Sequence record: MT135026.1
Length of the DNA: 64,000 nucleotides
Strand: one strand, 5' to 3'
Each line of letters begins with the position of its first letter. Position 1 is the first letter of the stretch. The translations under genes were made by a program, and so were the position numbers. The notes beneath the pieces were generated by a model. That model saw only the letters and a list, made by a program, of their open reading frames with translations. It ran no database searches and was not told where the DNA came from. Shown here piece after piece: positions 32,187-40,533 of this stretch.

Positions 32187-32933
32187 ATGGCAATCGGAAT
32201 AGATGTTAAGAAGTTCTTATCTCAAATTACAAAGAACGACTTAGCCAGACAAAACTTGTATGCGGTGCGATTTGCATCGCTACAAGATACAGCAAAGCAG
32301 TTGATGAATACAGGTGAGTCATTTTTGAATGCTGACTTTTCAGACATCAAAGGCGTAGGGGTACAAGATGCCCTTGCGTCAACTGCTTCTCTTTTCGGCT
32401 CAGGGTTTGAGTTCGAACGAAACATCGGAATGATGGTGAAATCAGTTAATATCCCAGGGTCGTCATACGAAACTGACGTAGATAAAACTCGACGTAAGCC
32501 ACATCACGTAGTAAAAGCGAAAACCGACGAAACAGTGACCATGTCATTGTATCTGTCACCAACACACCCAGAACGTAAAATGTTACTTGGTTGGTTTAAG
32601 CAGATTTATTCAAATGATTCTGCTCAAGTCGGATTCTTCTCGAACTATGCTCGAACAATTGAGATTTACACATACAATCGTAACGCAGAAATGGTTACGA
32701 TGACTAGCTTGAAGAATGCGTATCCGATTCGAGTAGGTGGGGTTCAGTTAGGATACGAGAATAACAACGCAGTGGCTGAATTCGAAGTCGAGTTTGTTTA
32801 CGAAAGCGCAACATACATGACTGAAGATCTATCAAGCACAATCTCGGATAAACTGGGTATTACTCAAAACTTCGAGAAAACATATAACAGCTTTTTCAAT
32901 ACAGGCGCTGAAGCCATTTCAGGTCTATTCTAA
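32187..32933 (+). CDS. 54: Baseplate tail tube initiator gp54
   Basis: gp19-like fold motifs DLARQNLY, VKSVNIPG, AYPIRVGGVQLGYE. Confidence 0.8.
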   Translation: MAIGIDVKKFLSQITKNDLARQNLYAVRFASLQDTAKQLMNTGESFLNADFSDIKGVGVQDALASTASLFGSGFEFERNIGMMVKSVNIPGSSYETDVDKTRRKPHHVVKAKTDETVTMSLYLSPTHPERKMLLGWFKQIYSNDSAQVGFFSNYARTIEIYTYNRNAEMVTMTSLKNAYPIRVGGVQLGYENNNAVAEFEVEFVYESATYMTEDLSSTISDKLGITQNFEKTYNSFFNTGAEAISGLF

Positions 32934-32944
32934 GGTAAAACATC

Positions 32945-33793
32945 ATGACTAAAGCATTTGATATTAGCGTACTTGCTGCGCCACAATATACTGTAAAACT
33001 ACCATCAACTGGTGAAGAAATTAAACTGCGTGCAATGCTTGCAAAAGAGCATAAAGCATTGCTTATCGCAAATGAATCTGATGAGAAGATTGACGCAATC
33101 GAACAGTGTCTTGAAAACTGCATTGTATCTGACATCAAAATGGATGACCTAACGGTTGGTGACTCTGAGTATCTGTTTCTGCATATGTATATGAACAGTA
33201 ACGGTGTGACTAACATTCAAGCAGAATACAACTGCTGTGCTCCGAAGTCAGAAGAAGAACTTCAAAAGCTTTCTGAAGAAGAAGAGGCTGAACTGGCTAA
33301 ATCGGCTGATGATATTTTTGCCGAGATTATGAATCAATCAAACGAAGAAGCGATTGAAGCAGTGTTTGCACCTGAGAAGCACTTATGCGGTGAACGTATC
33401 AGAACCAATATCGACTTGAAAGCTGCATTCGTGCCTGAATTTACAGGTGAAGATACAGTTCGAGTCAACCCAAAAGTTGTTATCAAACTCCAACACCCGA
33501 CAATTCGAGTGTATGAGAACAACGACCCGAATACACCACAAGGTCTGTTCAATATTGCGGTTGAATCAATTAAAGAAGTTCATGTTGGTGATACTGTTTA
33601 CACCAAAGAAGAACTTGAAGAGCAAGGTCAGCTTGTGAACATCATGGGCGAACTTGATACGGCAGCATTCAAAAAAGTTCAGACATTCGTCGATTCAGTT
33701 CCACGAATTACGACATACGTTGACGTTAAATGTCCTAAGTGTGGTAATCACGAGAAAGTTACGCTAAGAGGCATCGAAGATTTTTTCGTATAA
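32945..33793 (+). CDS. 26: Baseplate hub assembly protein gp26
   Basis: PQYTVKLPSTGEEIKLR, KEHKALL, C-terminal CPKCG and GIEDFF. Confidence 0.88.
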   Translation: MTKAFDISVLAAPQYTVKLPSTGEEIKLRAMLAKEHKALLIANESDEKIDAIEQCLENCIVSDIKMDDLTVGDSEYLFLHMYMNSNGVTNIQAEYNCCAPKSEEELQKLSEEEEAELAKSADDIFAEIMNQSNEEAIEAVFAPEKHLCGERIRTNIDLKAAFVPEFTGEDTVRVNPKVVIKLQHPTIRVYENNDPNTPQGLFNIAVESIKEVHVGDTVYTKEELEEQGQLVNIMGELDTAAFKKVQTFVDSVPRITTYVDVKCPKCGNHEKVTLRGIEDFFV

Positions 33794-33960
33794 TGCTCGG
33801 TAGATACTCACTCGAAGAGTATTACAAGGAAAACTTTGCCATGATCACTCATGGCAATTTTTCTCTTCACGACTTAGAAACGATGGTTCTATTCGAGCGT
33901 GAAATCTATGCCGCACAGCTTATACATTACATTCAAGAAAAGAATAAGGAACAACAATAA
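33793..33960 (+). CDS. Small gp51-like baseplate hub chaperone (55 aa)
   Basis: Not in ORF track; MLGRYSLEEYYKENFAMITHGNFSLHDLETMVLFEREIYAAQLIHYIQEKNKEQQ; TAATG-coupled on both sides. Confidence 0.85.
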   Translation: MLGRYSLEEYYKENFAMITHGNFSLHDLETMVLFEREIYAAQLIHYIQEKNKEQQ

Positions 33961-35930
33961 TGGCGGCTGACGACAAGAAAATGAATGAGATAATCGGAAG
34001 ATTAGATCATATCATTCTCCAACAAGAAGACCGACCTGAAGTTTATACGATGCAGCGCGTCGCTCGTCATATCAACAACATTGATATTACGACCACGTCT
34101 ATGCTCGAAACTATGCAGTCGGTGTTTAAAACAAACGAAAAGGCGGTGGCGCAGCAAAAGAATCTGTTTCAGCGCGTTATCGAAAACTTTGAGCAAACTT
34201 CCAATAAAGTTCGTGCTTCGATTATATCACTAACGGATATTATCAAGACTACTCTTGACTTTAAAGGACATTTGTCTCGTATTGATCGTGGCATTCAAGA
34301 AATGCGCTTAACTGCAAAAATGCAGTTCGCACGTATGCAGGAGGGCTTTAATCGTTGGTTTGAACGTCTGATCTTTAGAGTCAACGACATGAAGCGCGTT
34401 ATAGGGCTTCAGAAGACGGCTGCCGACGATTTAAACAGTTTTCTACAGAACGGTGCGGGTAACAACGCCCCGTTGACTGTGGGCTTTATAAGCGCATTGT
34501 ACAAGAAAATTTTCGCGTATCAAGTCGTTACCGAAACTCGCAATCGTAAGACTGAACAACTACGCTACAAAGAGAATATGAAAGTTCAGCGCAATCAAGC
34601 TAGTGATCTGCGACGCATCGCGAATCACCTTGCTGGTGAAAAACTAGGATGGATTGCTAAATTATTCAGACTTGTCGGCGTTGGGTTAGTGATGTTAGGC
34701 GGTCAATTGGTGACATTCAGTACATCAATGGCAATGGCTGCTTCGACTGCAACAAAATTCGGAACGCTCGGTAAAATCGCATCTAACATTCTTCTAGGGT
34801 TCGGTAAGTTTAGTAAAGGAACAGGTAATATAGTTCAAGCTCTTGCTACTGATATGAGCGGCACCATAAAAGGATGGATGTGGACTGTTGTTCGTCAATT
34901 ATTCTTAGGTCTAGGTAGAATGGTTGCGATAATGCTAAACCCAGCGGCTCTAGTTGCAATGGTTGCAGGTTATGGTATTTACAAAATCTTCGAAGAAGAG
35001 CTAGACAGAATCTTCGGCGCGCTGAAGAACATTTTTAGCGACCCCGAAAAACGAGCAATGCTATTCAGTATAATCTCGAACTGGTTCACGGATATGGTTC
35101 GAGGGATTGGTGAATGGTTTGGAATCGTCGGCGAAAACATCAAAGACGCTGTACCAGAAGGCGCAGTTGAGGGAATCGTATCTGGCTTCGAGAAGGTAAC
35201 TTCTTTCGTTAGAAGTGCGTTTCAAATGTATGTCAATGCGGTTAATAAGATCATTGCAAGTTGGCTATCAATTCCCGACTCATTCAGACTTCTTATGTTA
35301 GCAATAGATGACCTAATGTTAAACGTTAAAGAGTTCGTCGTGAATGCATTAAATGCACTACCTGATTTTCTGAAGTCAGAAGGCATGGAGAAGTTCATTG
35401 CTGGCGCAGACATCGAAGGCAACCGAGCGCGTATTGACGCAAGCAAGGCTGAAGTCAAGGACAGACTCAATGCACGCTATCAAACTGACTATCTAGGGAA
35501 AGCAGGGGATATGATCGTAGACGGTGCTAAGAATACAGCACAAGCGGTTATAGACGGTGCTAAGAACGCTGCCGATGCAATCAAACGACCAGTTGAGTCA
35601 TTAGCAAGTTCAACTGAATCGCTAGACAAGTTCCTAGCGGCTGAAGTTGAGAAGAAACAAATGCAAGAAGACGCTATCGTTGCTGCTGAGAGACAACGTA
35701 TGATTGAAGAAGGGTTGATTAAGCCATTCCAAGAGATTAAACGTTCAGTGATCTTAGAAGCTGTCGCAGCGCGTGAAGCAGCATACAGAGCAGCACAACA
35801 AACAAAAGAAGTTGGGACGAACTTCGTCAACAACGCTGTAAGCTCAGTGCAAAATACAACCAACTTCACTCGCCCATTGACTACGAGTGGTGAAGCTAAG
35901 ATTCCGTCTACAAGAGGTAACGTGAACTAA
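33960..35930 (+). CDS. 29: Tape measure / gp29-like hub protein
   Basis: 656 aa, helical with central hydrophobic Gly/Ala segments; follows 26/51-like genes. Confidence 0.65.
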   Translation: MAADDKKMNEIIGRLDHIILQQEDRPEVYTMQRVARHINNIDITTTSMLETMQSVFKTNEKAVAQQKNLFQRVIENFEQTSNKVRASIISLTDIIKTTLDFKGHLSRIDRGIQEMRLTAKMQFARMQEGFNRWFERLIFRVNDMKRVIGLQKTAADDLNSFLQNGAGNNAPLTVGFISALYKKIFAYQVVTETRNRKTEQLRYKENMKVQRNQASDLRRIANHLAGEKLGWIAKLFRLVGVGLVMLGGQLVTFSTSMAMAASTATKFGTLGKIASNILLGFGKFSKGTGNIVQALATDMSGTIKGWMWTVVRQLFLGLGRMVAIMLNPAALVAMVAGYGIYKIFEEELDRIFGALKNIFSDPEKRAMLFSIISNWFTDMVRGIGEWFGIVGENIKDAVPEGAVEGIVSGFEKVTSFVRSAFQMYVNAVNKIIASWLSIPDSFRLLMLAIDDLMLNVKEFVVNALNALPDFLKSEGMEKFIAGADIEGNRARIDASKAEVKDRLNARYQTDYLGKAGDMIVDGAKNTAQAVIDGAKNAADAIKRPVESLASSTESLDKFLAAEVEKKQMQEDAIVAAERQRMIEEGLIKPFQEIKRSVILEAVAAREAAYRAAQQTKEVGTNFVNNAVSSVQNTTNFTRPLTTSGEAKIPSTRGNVN

Positions 35931-36463
35931 TGAAAAACTTGACGATGAAGAATAATTTCCGAATCGACATCCCAGATAACAACGCAACACAAACGTTTCA
36001 GTGGCAGATTCAAACTGCCACTATCCCGGGTGTTAATATGGAAATTGCAAGTATTACACGAGGTCCCAAATATGCCAAACTAGCGAACAACCATGTAGCA
36101 GGTTCTGGTACATCTTACGATGACCTGTCGATTCAGTTTCTAGTCGATGAAGAAATGCGTACTTATGCTGAGTTATACAAGTGGTTAATCACCATGAATA
36201 ACCCAACTGGTGCTAGTACAAGTGACGGGATTGTTCCAGTTACTATGTTGCTTCATGTTTTAGACAATAACAAAGACAAGATTGTTGCAACGTATCGCTT
36301 TGTCAATGCGTTTCCAAAGTCTCTAAGTGCTATTGAATGGAACTACACTGAAGCAGGTGATGTTGAAACTGTAACGTGTGATGTTGAGTTTGAATACTCG
36401 TACTTTGAAATGATCCATAAAGTCGATGGCAAAGAAGAAGTCATCACACCCTATATGGGTTAG
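35930..36463 (+). CDS. 3: Tail completion protein gp3
   Basis: ATIPGVNM, YDDLSIQFLVDEEMRTYAELYKW, AFPKSLS, VEFEYSYF. Confidence 0.92.
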   Translation: MKNLTMKNNFRIDIPDNNATQTFQWQIQTATIPGVNMEIASITRGPKYAKLANNHVAGSGTSYDDLSIQFLVDEEMRTYAELYKWLITMNNPTGASTSDGIVPVTMLLHVLDNNKDKIVATYRFVNAFPKSLSAIEWNYTEAGDVETVTCDVEFEYSYFEMIHKVDGKEEVITPYMG

Positions 36464-36475
36464 TAAAAAGCAATA

Positions 36476-36497
36476 AGCCCCTTTCGGGGCTTTTTTG
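36476..36497 (+). terminator. Rho-independent terminator after gene 3
   Basis: AAGCCCC-TTTC-GGGGCTT followed by a T-run. Confidence 0.85.
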
Positions 36498-36509
36498 TAT
36501 CTGAATCTA

Positions 36510-36597
36510 GAGCGAAGCGGCAGGTTTGGATTTGAGGCCCAAAAATTGGGCATCATCTTAGTAGTATTAGTAGTTTTAGTGAAGTTAGGGATATTAG
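36510..36597 (+). repeat. 88-bp intergenic element, copy 2
   Basis: GAGCGAAGCGG, hairpin with AAAAATT loop, TAG-rich C-free tract. Confidence 0.85.
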
Positions 36598-36695
36598 AAA
36601 TATTAGAGAAACTAGTATGCCTGGTGCATGTTTAGAAGATAGTACTTTCGTCGTATAATCAAGAGACGAAACACACTATTGACTGGTAACTCATT

Positions 36696-37334
36696 ATGAT
36701 AATAGGAATAAATGGACAAAAACGCTCAGGCAAAGATACTGTAGCTCAAGCCATTCAAGATATTCATAGTGATAATGCTTACATTTACAAGTTTGCAGAC
36801 CCGATTAAAGAGGGTTTGTACATTGGATTGAAAGAATATGGCTATGAGTATGCAGACATCGACGGGCAAAACAATTTTGATAGAGAAGTCCCGACATTTA
36901 CCCTCGACGAAGCAATTGAACTTGTTTTGACTTGTTGTGAGTACGCGAATGTAGACGCTGATTATGATTATGTCTACTACACGTTGCTCCCTCACACGAA
37001 ACTGTTCAGCATTCGTGATTTACTGCAAATGACTGGCACTGACGTTGCACGTTCGCTTGATGATCAACATTGGATCAATTACGCACGTAATAAATACAAT
37101 GAGCTAGTGTTTAAAAACCCGGATTTGGTGTTTATAATCACTGATGTTCGTTTTCAAAACGAATTAGAATTGGTACAAGAGCTTGGTGGCACGATGCTTC
37201 AAGTTAACCGAGAAGGTTCGCTTGCATCTAATCACGTTAGCGATACTGAATTGGGTTTTATCAAAGATGCAATTCAAATAGACAATAATGGTTCTCTTGA
37301 AGAACTACATGAACAAATCAACAAATTATTTTAA
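36696..37334 (+). CDS. 1: dNMP kinase gp1
   Basis: P-loop GQKRSGKDT, FADPIK, RDLLQMTGTD, ITDVRFQNE. Confidence 0.96.
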   Translation: MIIGINGQKRSGKDTVAQAIQDIHSDNAYIYKFADPIKEGLYIGLKEYGYEYADIDGQNNFDREVPTFTLDEAIELVLTCCEYANVDADYDYVYYTLLPHTKLFSIRDLLQMTGTDVARSLDDQHWINYARNKYNELVFKNPDLVFIITDVRFQNELELVQELGGTMLQVNREGSLASNHVSDTELGFIKDAIQIDNNGSLEELHEQINKLF

Positions 37335-37343
37335 GGTGAAGAA

Positions 37344-37610
37344 ATGTCACAACAAACTCCAGAACAAGTAATCGAACAGAAAGACGCGCAAATCAAAGAT
37401 CTGAAAGTTCGTACATTTGACTTGCAAGAAGCACTTCAAGCTGAACGCAATTCATTTGGTCAATTCGTTGGTGTACTAGCTCAACTGCTAGACTTCGATC
37501 AAGAAAAAGCAAGTTCTCTACAGAACTATGTTGATGAAGTCGCTTATCTAACCGGTAAAGCTGAACGCCCTGTAGAAGGCGACGGCGAAAAAGAGAAAGA
37601 AGCTGAATAA
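37344..37610 (+). CDS. 57A: Tail fibre chaperone gp57A
   Basis: 88 aa acidic coiled coil (LKVRTFDLQE) between gene 1 and 57B. Confidence 0.8.
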   Translation: MSQQTPEQVIEQKDAQIKDLKVRTFDLQEALQAERNSFGQFVGVLAQLLDFDQEKASSLQNYVDEVAYLTGKAERPVEGDGEKEKEAE

Positions 37611-38065
37611 TGAAACTATCTAAGTTCCTTGAGAGTCAGGGAACTTACGTTGGTATCAAATTAGACGAAGCAAGTAAGCAAGAGCTAGTTCGCTTGCAAA
37701 AAACGCTTCGTCTAAAAAATCCGTTAGATCCAGATAAATTCCACGTGACTGTGCTTTATAGTCGTAAGCAAATTGATGTGCCCGTTGTAGATACCACTTT
37801 CGTTGCCACTGTTGAACAAGTTGACTGTTGGAAAACGCAAGACGGTAAACACGCGGTCGTTGCTAAGATGTCATGTCCTGCTCTTGTAGAACGTCACGAA
37901 GACCTTATCTCTATCGGTGGTACTCACGATTACCCTGACTATACTCCGCACGTCACATTGTCTTATGACGACGTAATCACCCCTATGTTCATCAATACAG
38001 AGGTTCGGCTTGTCGATGAATATATCGAACCATTAGATCTAGAATGGGTTGCTAATAATGACTGA
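37610..38065 (+). CDS. 57B: gp57B, 2H phosphoesterase (Acb1 anti-CBASS family)
   Basis: Two HxT motifs (FHVTVLYS, PHVTLSY); GTYVGIK N-terminus; synteny 1-57A-57B. Confidence 0.92.
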   Translation: MKLSKFLESQGTYVGIKLDEASKQELVRLQKTLRLKNPLDPDKFHVTVLYSRKQIDVPVVDTTFVATVEQVDCWKTQDGKHAVVAKMSCPALVERHEDLISIGGTHDYPDYTPHVTLSYDDVITPMFINTEVRLVDEYIEPLDLEWVANND

Positions 38066-38312
38066 TCTATCTACCGAAGCGGTGCTGAAGAAGTACAATG
38101 AATCGCCTGAAACGCTGACGACTGATGAGAACGTTGTTCTACTAACGTACATCATTGGTATGCAGACCGATCAGATTGCTTTGCTTAAAGAGAACAACAA
38201 GCTTTATGACAAAGCTATTATTGAACTTCAGCAAGCAGTATCACAACTTCAGATCAAGCACGCTGCGCTTGAACGAGGTGAGACTGAAAGCGGCATTATC
38301 ATTTCCGTTTAA
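38058..38312 (+). CDS. Hypothetical coiled-coil protein
   Basis: ATG 38058 overlapping the 57B end; plausible composition. Confidence 0.7.
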   Translation: MTDLSTEAVLKKYNESPETLTTDENVVLLTYIIGMQTDQIALLKENNKLYDKAIIELQQAVSQLQIKHAALERGETESGIIISV

Positions 38313-38328
38313 AAAGTTAAAATAGTTG

Positions 38329-38449
38329 TTGACTTCATCTGAAAAGGATGTAGAATGTATTTCATCGAGTCGAGAGACAGAAAACAAACTTTCAACTCGA
38401 TGAAATATTTGAAAAAAGATGTTGACTTTCGCTGAGAAGCTGATAAGAT
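38329..38449 (+). promoter_or_regulatory. Two tandem sigma70 promoters heading the RNA cluster
   Basis: TTGACT-16-TAGAAT (38329) and TTGACT-16-TAAGAT with extended TG (38422). Confidence 0.75.
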
Positions 38450-38457
38450 TAACACAG

Positions 38458-38562
38458 TTGATTAAGCGAGCTAAGTTCATCGTTCTCGCCTCTTCTTGAA
38501 GATGAACAACATTGATTAAACAGACTAGACTCATCGTTTCTGTCTCTTCTCTGAAGATGAGT
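38458..38562 (+). repeat. Two tandem ~54-nt units, each an H-type pseudoknot
   Basis: TTGATTAA leader; S1 GCGAG/CTCGC vs ACAGA/TCTGT, S2 GTTCATC/GATGAAC vs ACTCATC/GATGAGT; loops conserved. Confidence 0.8.
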
Positions 38563-38563
38563 A

Positions 38564-38715
38564 ATATTTTAAATGTGCGTTAGCCGAAATGAATACATAG
38601 AGCCAGTATAAGTTCTGGCATGCAGAGAATAGTCTTAGCGGACGATGTCTCAAACAAAAACTAGCTGAGTTAAAATTCGCTCAGTCGGCGTGCAAGTAGC
38701 GCACATTTAAAATAT
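38564..38715 (+). ncRNA. ~140-nt structured RNA
   Basis: 16-bp perfect terminal stem; inner GCCGA/TCGGC, GCCAG/CTGGC, CTGAG/CTCAG. Confidence 0.65.
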
Positions 38716-38730
38716 CGAGAGTATATTGGT

Positions 38731-38853
38731 CGAGTGTTGGTGTAGTGGCAGCACACGTAGCATACTGTAATCAGACATGATTATATTCAGCAACCAATTT
38801 ACGCATATCATAGGGAGATCGTGGGAACGGTTCGATTCCGTTACACTCGACCA
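38731..38853 (+). ncRNA. Interrupted tRNA-Pro(AGG)-like gene; 49-nt insert (38758-38806) between positions 28 and 29
   Basis: Removing the insert gives CG|ATC-ATAGGGA-GATCG; acceptor CGAGTGT/ACACTCG, A73, CCA, T arm AACGG-TTCGATT-CCGTT. Confidence 0.8.
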
Positions 38854-39120
38854 ATGTACTCTCACTTATTAAGCGAGGTGAGCAATTTGATTGTATATCT
38901 TCTCGCACTGGTATTCATAGTCCTCTTTGCCTTGGACATTGAAGAAGAAACGGTGCGTAGCTGTTCTACGCTAATCACATGCGAACGGGTCATTCATCCC
39001 GTAATTAAAGCGCACGATTCCAGATTGTGTTGTGATTAGCTAAGGCAAATATAAACTAGAGGATTTTGTGCTTGCGTAGTGAAGAATCGATCTGCGTAAG
39101 CACGCCCAAGAACATATTGA

Positions 39121-39243
39121 GCAGGGTTGGTGTAGTGGCTAGCACACGTAGCATAAACGCAAACTGTTAAGTTTGTATTCTGCAATCAATTCGCATATCA
39201 TTTCAAGATCGTGACGCAGGTTCGAATCCTGCACCCTGCTCAA
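39121..39243 (+). ncRNA. Interrupted tRNA-Glu(TTC)-like gene; 48-nt insert (39149-39196) at 28/29
   Basis: CG|ATC-ATTTCAA-GATCG; acceptor GCAGGGT/ACCCTGC; no encoded CCA. Confidence 0.8.
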
Positions 39244-39255
39244 TATGTTTTTATG

Positions 39256-39368
39256 GTGAAGTTAGTTCAGTTGGTTAGAATGCCGGCCTAAACAATAGAA
39301 GTCTGTTAAGATTTCATGCTGCATTTTATGCACGCCGGAGGTCGCAGGTTCGAGTCCTGTACTTCACC
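39256..39368 (+). ncRNA. Interrupted tRNA-like gene (Asp-type body, loop reconstitutes as CT-TGC-AC); 39-nt insert in the anticodon loop
   Basis: CCGGC-CT|insert 39290-39328|TGCAC-GCCGG; T arm GCAGG-TTCGAGT-CCTGT; junction ambiguous; no CCA. Confidence 0.75.
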
Positions 39369-39378
39369 CTCAAATTCT

Positions 39379-39502
39379 GGAGAGTTAGCTCAGTCTGGTA
39401 GAGCAAAAGAATGTTAAAGAATACTGACAAGCATTCATGCTGCAAACCTTAATAACTAGGTAAATCTTTTGGTCGGTGGTTCAAATCCATCACTCTCCAC
39501 CA
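39379..39502 (+). ncRNA. Interrupted tRNA-Tyr(GTA)/Asn-like gene; 47-nt insert in the anticodon loop
   Basis: AAAGA-AT|insert 39413-39459|GTAAA-TCTTT; acceptor GGAGAGT/ACTCTCC, CCA. Confidence 0.78.
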
Positions 39503-39516
39503 ATTTTCGAGGTTTT

Positions 39517-39885
39517 ATGAATAAGTTTGATGACATAAATGACGAACTTGATTGTATCTTGCATCGCTGTGAGATTGTAAAACGCAATCTTCGAAAATAT
39601 TGTACATTTGCTGTTGAAATGCAGTACAGACTTATGATAAACTTCATCGGTATGGGTTGCTATCAACAAGTACTCCCTATATTAGATAATCTAAATCATC
39701 ACCCTGATACTAGTCAGCTTGATAACATTGAGATTATGCAATCAGTAAAAGAACTGATGAAATGCGCGGGTAAGCTAGATGTTCTACATCAACAAGACGC
39801 TTTTCATCAAATGAAATCGACTGCTTTGATTGTAGAAGAAGCAAACATCTTCGCTGCTAAAGTTGGTAGATTTCTAGAGAAATAA
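39517..39885 (+). CDS. Hypothetical protein in tRNA cluster
   Basis: GAGG SD, ATG 39517, fills the gap between two tRNA-like genes. Confidence 0.75.
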   Translation: MNKFDDINDELDCILHRCEIVKRNLRKYCTFAVEMQYRLMINFIGMGCYQQVLPILDNLNHHPDTSQLDNIEIMQSVKELMKCAGKLDVLHQQDAFHQMKSTALIVEEANIFAAKVGRFLEK

Positions 39886-39886
39886 T

Positions 39887-39964
39887 GGCCCTATAGCTCA
39901 ACTAGGTTAGAGCAACCGACTCATAATCGGTAGGTTACAGGTTCGAGCCCTGTTGGGGTCACCA
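39887..39964 (+). tRNA. tRNA-Ile2/Met (CAT)
   Basis: Cloverleaf, ACCGA-CTCATAA-TCGGT, GGCCC acceptor like Ile2, encoded CCA. Confidence 0.92.
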
Positions 39965-39983
39965 AATTAAATTGAAAAAGTTG

Positions 39984-40012
39984 TTGACAGGCGTTTCGTC
40001 AACGTGTAGTAT
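39984..40012 (+). promoter_or_regulatory. sigma70 promoter
   Basis: TTGACA-17-TAGTAT. Confidence 0.8.
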
Positions 40013-40042
40013 ACACATTATCAACTACACGAGGAAAACATT

Positions 40043-40273
40043 ATGTCACATAAATTGCTAGTTATCACTTCGATGCATGGTTACTCTGTTGATTCTGATT
40101 TCAGAACTGCAATGTTTAACAAATACATGTGTGATGTTGTGATTCCGGATGACGCTGTTGTTTTGTACTCAGGTACAGTTTCAATAGATGAAATTCAAGC
40201 AATTGCGAATGAATGTTACGCTGACATCAATATTGAAGAAGTTGATGATGATGTATTTGACAGCTATCTTTAA
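40043..40273 (+). CDS. Hypothetical acidic protein
   Basis: GAGG SD, downstream of a sigma70 promoter. Confidence 0.75.
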   Translation: MSHKLLVITSMHGYSVDSDFRTAMFNKYMCDVVIPDDAVVLYSGTVSIDEIQAIANECYADINIEEVDDDVFDSYL

Positions 40274-40280
40274 ATAAAAT

Positions 40281-40520
40281 GCCGCTAACTGGTGTACAAT
40301 ACGCAGTGTTTTCCCAACATTAGTGCAGACATAGGTTCGCAACCTGTGTTGGTACCGAATCACTGGGACCGAGTAGAAAGTGCGTGTGAGTTGTCGAAAG
40401 CTCACACGTAGAAATAACGCTCGAATGCTCCGAAATGCTGATTAGCTCTTACTTCGAAACTCTAATTGGGTGGACGAGGTGTTGTGTTTGACGTGTGTTC
40501 GATTCACACGAGCGGCGCCA
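40281..40520 (+). ncRNA. 240-nt RNA with tRNA-like ends (tmRNA-shaped)
   Basis: GCCGCT/AGCGGC acceptor, G73-CCA, GAC + GTGTG-TTCGATT-CACAC T arm, exit helix ACAATAC/GTGTTGT. Confidence 0.7.
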
Positions 40521-40533
40521 AGAGGAAATTATA

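Noticed and set aside
38854-39039. Small hydrophobic ORF (possible TTG start after GAGGTG)
   Set aside because: The region also folds (CTAATCAC/GTGATTAG and others); coding versus RNA function cannot be decided, so it is not called.
40281-40520. Canonical tmRNA (ssrA)
   Set aside because: No G3:U70, G discriminator, only 240 nt and no convincing ANDENY-type tag; kept only as tmRNA-shaped.
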